A stretch of 11,853 nt of DNA from Caedimonas varicaedens (GTDB lineage Bacteria > Pseudomonadota > Alphaproteobacteria > Caedimonadales > Caedimonadaceae): assembly GCA_001192655.1 (NCBI GenBank), contig BBVC01000066.1, positions 1-11,853 of the forward strand. The letters are read 5' to 3'. Below the pieces are notes generated by a model that worked only from the letters and a program-made list of their open reading frames with translations, was not told the DNA's origin and ran no database searches. The translations under genes and the position numbers were made by a program. This document shows positions 7,772-11,853 of the stretch, piece after piece; the stretch's first letter is position 1; each line of letters starts with the position of its first letter.

Positions 7772-9025
7772 ATGCGCTTCAAAAATTTGACCATCTTATT
7801 GTTTGCAAGTTTTTTCTTTCTTATGGAAGGAACATGGCGAAGTTCAATGGGAACACAGGAAGAAGAAGAGGATTTTCGGCCCAAACAAAAAAAGTCCCTG
7901 CTGAATGACTTTTTTCCTAAAACACCTTCTCTTAACAAGAAATTGACCTCTCAAAAGTCTAAAGAAGAGGTCTATGAAGTAAGTTTTCCTTATATAGAAA
8001 TGATGAAAATGGTGTTTTATGGCAAAGCATTTATACCCAGATTTTCTACTGAAGAAGAACAAATTGAAGAGCTAGCCGATGCTATTGAAACTGAACGTAG
8101 AAAAGTAATCTTATTGTTTGGATTCGGCGATAAAGGTGATTCATCTCCTTACATAGAACAGAATAACCCTTATCGTACCTTAGTATTGAAGGCATTTGAT
8201 CTTATTTCACAACGGCGCTCGCAAAAAAACACTGTTTTTTCAAACAGAGAGATTCCTTCTTCTGATGAAGAGAGTGCTGTTATTTCGGCTTCAGCAGAAG
8301 AAAAAAAACAATCTTTACCCCAGAAAGAGGTGTTGGGAAATGCTTATGCTCATACCCATTCTCTTCTGCTCTCTACAGAAAATGAACGTCGCCCTTTTGT
8401 AGCAAGAGCTTTTATGCTCATGGAATCTGATTTTATTGAAGATCCGTCTTTACGAGAAGAAACCCGGGAGAAGAGCAAACAGCAAAATTTGATAGATGGT
8501 GGCACAGAAAAACCGCCTTTGGATCCCCAAAAATTGAGGGAACCTGATTCTGTTGTGTTTTTCCCTGGCAATAAAGGTTCTTTCTTGTCGATGATGGAAG
8601 AAATACTGAGACAGAAGACAGGAAAAAAACTAACTATAGAACCCTCTCTTACGTTACAGACAAAAAAGATGTCAAACGTCAAAACTCATTACGATAGAGC
8701 GACACCCTATAACTTGAAAGAAGAAGAACATAAAAGAGAACTTTTTAGGACTCATCCTGCTTTGTACAAAGAACATCCTCAAATCAATTCTCTGAGTGAC
8801 GATGATCAATCCAAAGAAATATTTCCTCAGGAGGATAAGGGGAAACATTCTGCCTTTAATCCGCTTGTGTCCATGATTCAGATAAATTCCTATGCTGTTC
8901 AGATAGCGGAAATCATAGCCCTGGCCTTTAGCGGCTGGCTTGTTCAGAATATTTCCTTGATGGGATTTACAGCTCCTACACTAAATGGCACGCGGCGGCG
9001 CAGGAAGAATAAATTTCTTCTTTAG
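7772..9025 (+). CDS. Hypothetical exported protein (~417 aa): signal peptide, charged low-complexity body, C-terminal hydrophobic segment and poly-Arg tail; no family recognised
   Basis: The long ORF is open from 7754 (a TTG in the ORF track). I prefer ATG 7772, which has AAAGGA (7757-7762) 9 nt upstream. The N-terminus MRFKNLTILLFASFFFLMEG looks like a Sec signal. The body is E/K/S/Q-rich (EEEEDFRPKQKK, SSDEESAVISASAEEKKQ, LKEEEHKRE). The C-terminus is AVQIAEIIALAFSGWLVQNISLMGFTAPTLNGTRRRRKNKFLL. I recognise no conserved domain motif. Confidence 0.6.
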   Translation: MRFKNLTILLFASFFFLMEGTWRSSMGTQEEEEDFRPKQKKSLLNDFFPKTPSLNKKLTSQKSKEEVYEVSFPYIEMMKMVFYGKAFIPRFSTEEEQIEELADAIETERRKVILLFGFGDKGDSSPYIEQNNPYRTLVLKAFDLISQRRSQKNTVFSNREIPSSDEESAVISASAEEKKQSLPQKEVLGNAYAHTHSLLLSTENERRPFVARAFMLMESDFIEDPSLREETREKSKQQNLIDGGTEKPPLDPQKLREPDSVVFFPGNKGSFLSMMEEILRQKTGKKLTIEPSLTLQTKKMSNVKTHYDRATPYNLKEEEHKRELFRTHPALYKEHPQINSLSDDDQSKEIFPQEDKGKHSAFNPLVSMIQINSYAVQIAEIIALAFSGWLVQNISLMGFTAPTLNGTRRRRKNKFLL

Positions 9026-9028
9026 AGA

Positions 9029-9055
9029 GATTTTTTTCAATCTAAAGTTGAAATC
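9029..9055. terminator. Weak AT-rich hairpin between convergent genes (possible bidirectional terminator)
   Basis: GATTT(TTTT)CAA - loop TCTAAAG - TTGAAATC is an imperfect stem with bulged Ts, flanked by a T-run. It lies in the 33-nt gap between the stop at 9025 (+) and the stop at 9059 (-). Stability is low. Confidence 0.2.
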
Positions 9056-9058
9056 ATC

Positions 9059-11329
9059 CTAAACAGCTTTAATATAAGTATTCTCCTGAGTCTTGAAAGA
9101 GTCAGGTTTCTTCAAAAGCTCTTCTATATCCTGCGACAGTAAAGGTTTGCTAAAGTAGAACCCCTGAATATTTTCACAATTCACTGTCTTAAGACAATCC
9201 AATTGTTTTTGCGTCTCTACTCCCTCTGCAAGGACTTCAAAATTCAAGCTGCTTGCCATTGCAATAATGGCTTGCATAATCACTTCGTCGCTTCGATTTG
9301 AATCTATATTGTCGATAATGGATTTATCAAGTTTCAAGGAATTCAGGGGAATTTGTTTAAGATAATTGATATTGGTATAGCCCGTTCCAAAATCATCCAG
9401 AGCGATTTGCATCCCCATTTCCTTGAGCTCATGGATTCGATTGATGACTTCAATGTTGTTTATCAGGACATTTTCAGTCAATTCAATTTCAAGATATTGG
9501 GGATCCAAACCCGTTTCCTGTAATACATTCCTTATCATTGCCACCAGATCGGGTTGTTTTAATTGTTGATTGGCTAAATTAACAGCAACGCGAATAGGGG
9601 GAAAACCACTGTCTTGCCACGCTTTATTTTGGAGACAGGCTGTCCTTAACACCCATTCTCCTATAGGGATGATCAGTCCTGTTTCTTCTGCTAAAGGAAT
9701 AAAGTCCATAGGCAAAAGCAGACCTTTTTTAGGATGTTGCCAACGAATAAGCGCTTCAACGGCGACAATCTCTCCTGTCGTTAATTTCACCTGGGGTTGA
9801 TAGCACAGAAATAATTCATTCTTGGTAATAGCTTGACGCAACTCTGTTTCTTTCTCTAAATACTCCAGACTTTGCTTGTTCAAATCATCTGTATAAAATT
9901 GAAATTGGTTGGAGCCCGATTCTTTGGAACGATACATTGCCAAATCAGCATTTTTGAGTAATTCATCAGAATTTTTTCCATCTTTGGGGTAAAGGGAAAT
10001 ACCGATACTCGCTGTTACAATCACTTTTCGTTTTGCAATTAAAAAAGGTGATTGCATGAGAAGAAGTACTTTATTGGCGATGCTCATGGCTTCTTCTTCT
10101 TTGTGAAGATTTGGCAAAACCATCACAAATTCATCTCCTCCGATTCGGGAAAGCGTATCCCCTTCCCGAATACTTTCTTTTATTCTTTTGGCAAAGGATT
10201 TTAAAAGTTCATCACCTGCTTCATGACTCAAGCTATCATTAATCAATTTAAAACGGTCCAGATCAAAGAAAAGAACACCCACAAAAGTATGATCGCGCTT
10301 TGCTGCTGCAATCGCCTGGTTAATACGATCGCTCAATAGAGCACGGTTGGGCAAATCCGTTAACGTATCGTGCGTCGCCTGGTATTCCAGCTTTTCTTCA
10401 AGATAGACTCGCTTTGTAACATCGCGAAAACTCCATACACGTCCTACAGTCTTTCCGTTCACTTTATGAGGCTGTGAATAGCGCTCAAAAACCCTTCCAT
10501 CAACGAATTTCAAAACATCAAACTTTTTTTCTTCCGGATGGCTCTTAATTTTCTGGATGTTGGCTAAAAACTCTTTGGGATCCTGTAATTGCTCACTGAC
10601 ATACTCAACGATAATTTTATTATCTTTCAGATCCATAATAGAAGAAGAGATCTTCCATAAAGTGACGAAATTTTTGTTAAAATCAATAACTTTATCAGCA
10701 CTATCAACAACTAAGATTCCATCTGTAGAAGATTCTAGAGTTGCCCGTGTCAGGGATAAGGATTTTTGGAGAGAATCCGTACGTTCCTGGATATGTTTTT
10801 CAAGAGATTCCGTATGTTCTCTTGACTCTTGCATAAGTTGCCATTTTTTGGTCAGCGCACATGCAAGCTGGCGCACTGAAACATTATCAAACGGTTTTTT
10901 GAGAATAAGCAGGTTATCACTGACGCCTAGCTCATCAATTGTTTCTTCCCAGCTATAATCAGAGTAAGCCGTACAGATAACGATCTGCATATCACGATCA
11001 AGTTCCCAAATATGCTTGATTGTTTCAATACCATCCCATCCTGGTGGCATACGCACATCAACAAAGGCAAGAGCGTAGGGTTTTCCTTCTTTTAAAGCCT
11101 TTTTGATATATTCTACACCTTCTTGCCCTTGAGAAACTGTGTCTATTTCAAAGTGAGGCAATATCAATTGGGCGGGCTTTATATCTTCCTGCGCAAAGAG
11201 AGCTTTCTCCAAATCATTCAGGACTTCTACAGAAGACTGATCTGTTGCTAAAATCTTGATAAAGTCTTTATGAATTTCAGGGTTATCATCAATAATGATA
11301 ATACGCAGATTATTTGTTGAAGAAGTCAT
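9059..11329 (-). CDS. Response regulator receiver - PAS - GGDEF - EAL protein (c-di-GMP synthase/phosphodiesterase, 756 aa)
   Basis: I place the start at ATG 11329 (MTSSTNNLRIIIIDDNPE), preceded by GGGGGAA at 11334-11340. The track's 11383 start would overlap the upstream kinase end. REC: DD pair, phospho-acceptor in AFVDVRMPPGWDG, and LILKKPF. PAS: ATLESSTDGILVVDSADKVIDFNKNF. GGDEF: RIGGDEF (nt 10127-10141), with an RxxD I-site (REGD, nt 10157-10168) exactly 5 aa upstream. EAL: VEALIRW (nt 9749-9757), ELTEN, DDFGTGY, KLDKS, AEGVET, QGFYFSKP. Confidence 0.9.
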   Translation of the reverse strand: MTSSTNNLRIIIIDDNPEIHKDFIKILATDQSSVEVLNDLEKALFAQEDIKPAQLILPHFEIDTVSQGQEGVEYIKKALKEGKPYALAFVDVRMPPGWDGIETIKHIWELDRDMQIVICTAYSDYSWEETIDELGVSDNLLILKKPFDNVSVRQLACALTKKWQLMQESREHTESLEKHIQERTDSLQKSLSLTRATLESSTDGILVVDSADKVIDFNKNFVTLWKISSSIMDLKDNKIIVEYVSEQLQDPKEFLANIQKIKSHPEEKKFDVLKFVDGRVFERYSQPHKVNGKTVGRVWSFRDVTKRVYLEEKLEYQATHDTLTDLPNRALLSDRINQAIAAAKRDHTFVGVLFFDLDRFKLINDSLSHEAGDELLKSFAKRIKESIREGDTLSRIGGDEFVMVLPNLHKEEEAMSIANKVLLLMQSPFLIAKRKVIVTASIGISLYPKDGKNSDELLKNADLAMYRSKESGSNQFQFYTDDLNKQSLEYLEKETELRQAITKNELFLCYQPQVKLTTGEIVAVEALIRWQHPKKGLLLPMDFIPLAEETGLIIPIGEWVLRTACLQNKAWQDSGFPPIRVAVNLANQQLKQPDLVAMIRNVLQETGLDPQYLEIELTENVLINNIEVINRIHELKEMGMQIALDDFGTGYTNINYLKQIPLNSLKLDKSIIDNIDSNRSDEVIMQAIIAMASSLNFEVLAEGVETQKQLDCLKTVNCENIQGFYFSKPLLSQDIEELLKKPDSFKTQENTYIKAV

Positions 11330-11342
11330 TGATTCCCCCGTT

Positions 11343-11711
11343 TCAATTATTATTAATAGGTAGGGCAACGGTAAAGACAGCACCCTTTCCTACCCCCTGA
11401 CTTTCTACTTTGAGGCTTCCCCCAATTTCTTTGGCGGCCAATGCGCTTGCGTGTAACCCAAACCCATGTCCGTTTTTCTTCGTTGTAAAACCGAAAGAAA
11501 AAATCTTTGCAAGGTGGTCGGGATCAATGCCTACCCCGTTATCTTCTACACTGATATAAACATCTTTTCCTGTTGCATCTTTTTTAATAGAAAGATTAAT
11601 CTTTCTATTAACATTTGCAGGATTCATGCGCACAGCATCCTTGGCATTTTGAATCAGGTTAACAAGGATCTGAAGCAATTTGGATTTATCTACAGATATA
11701 GCTAAAAACCT
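11343..11711 (-). pseudogene. 3' remnant of a sensor histidine kinase gene (HATPase_c domain only; DHp/H-box and sensor region missing)
   Basis: The frame reads ...AISVDKSKLLQILVNLIQNAKDAV (N-box), VEDNGVGI (G1), IFSFGFTTK (F-box) and GHGFGLHASALAAKEIGG (G2), ending at TGA 11343. Upstream the frame closes at an in-frame stop at 11712-11714. The M in the ORF track is a TTG inside the domain. There is no H-box anywhere upstream, and IS-like sequence follows immediately. Confidence 0.75.
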
Positions 11712-11853
11712 TTAAAATGGTTATATTATGGATAATTTTTAAGAGGATTATTCCATGACCTATTCATTAGATTTTAGACTTCGTGTTTTATCTGTAAAAA
11801 AGAAGAAAAATTTGAGTTTTGCTGAAACGGCGGATCTCTTTGGTGTTGGAGTG
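11693..11853 (+). mobile_element. Left end of an IS630-family (Tc1/mariner-like) insertion sequence; continues past the right window edge
   Basis: The kinase reading frame is interrupted abruptly and a transposase start lies about 60 nt further in. TA-CAG... at 11691-11695 resembles a TA target plus a Tc1/IS630-type terminus. The exact boundary (somewhere in 11691-11712) cannot be fixed without the other IS end. Confidence 0.5.
11755..11853 (+). CDS. IS630-family transposase, N-terminal HTH region (33 codons, partial)
   Basis: ATG 11755 follows the RBS AAGAGGA (11741-11747). Translation is MTYSLDFRLRVLSVKKKKNLSFAETADLFGVGV. The Y-S-x-D-x-R-x-x-V-L ... S-x-x-E-x-A-x-x-F-x-V pattern is the usual N-terminus of IS630-family transposases. 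This is recognised from memory, not from a search. Confidence 0.6.
   Translation, partial: MTYSLDFRLRVLSVKKKKNLSFAETADLFGVGV

Noticed and set aside
7612-7938. ORFs 7612..7908 (+, 98 aa) and 7732..7938 (-, 68 aa), and the TTG 7754 start for the orphan gene
   Set aside because: Both short ORFs overlap the orphan gene start in other frames and have unconvincing sequence. ATG 7772 has better SD spacing than TTG 7754, although 7754 cannot be strictly excluded.
1675-8308. A8/T8 homopolymer runs inside coding regions (1675-1682, 2285-2292, 4027-4034, 8301-8308) as possible phase-variation tracts
   Set aside because: Runs of 7-8 A/T are expected by chance in AT-rich, Lys/Phe-rich coding sequence. 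All are currently in frame, and nothing links them to contingency loci.
10557-10958. 133-aa plus-strand ORF (and 9570..9800) antisense within the GGDEF-EAL gene
   Set aside because: It is Ser/Leu-rich shadow-frame sequence opposite a gene with strong domain signatures, and it has no SD.
11330-11383. Track start (11383) for the GGDEF-EAL ORF, adding MLSLPLPYLLIIIETGES
   Set aside because: The extension overlaps the 3' end of the kinase fragment. It contains the SD (GGGGGAA) that serves ATG 11329, and the receiver domain begins right after M19.
1-11853. CRISPR arrays, tandem repeats, defence or toxin-antitoxin modules, retron/DGR-like elements
   Set aside because: Reading both strands, I found no regularly spaced repeats, no reverse transcriptase, nuclease or ATPase defence signatures, and no small paired toxin-antitoxin ORFs. 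Absence was judged by eye only.

Overview
AT-rich (by eye, not computed) bacterial chromosomal window. Gene content and order (psd-pssA pair, short-type Psd, aroK with a divergent micro-ORF, family-4 UDG with an N-terminal extension) suggest a low-GC alphaproteobacterium, possibly symbiont-like; this is inference only. Most of the window is housekeeping. On the minus strand a co-directional block reads aroK -> uracil-DNA glycosylase -> RND adaptor -> RND permease, and the permease runs off the left edge (it is missing from the ORF track because it is partial). Next come a 47-aa membrane micro-ORF (also not in the track), tRNA-Pro(GGG), ppa, and the pssA/psd phospholipid pair. The right half is less ordinary. 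It holds an orphan, highly charged ~417-aa protein with an N-terminal signal peptide and a C-terminal hydrophobic segment plus an RRRRK tail. It also holds a REC-PAS-GGDEF-EAL c-di-GMP protein with all catalytic motifs intact. The upstream partner sensor kinase survives only as its ATPase-domain fragment, because an IS630-like element (transposase N-terminus at the right edge) sits where the rest of the kinase should be. I found no CRISPR array, no recognisable defence, toxin-antitoxin or phage module, no integrase, and no clearly novel multi-gene system. The findings are single-locus oddities and candidate regulatory sites, scored accordingly.
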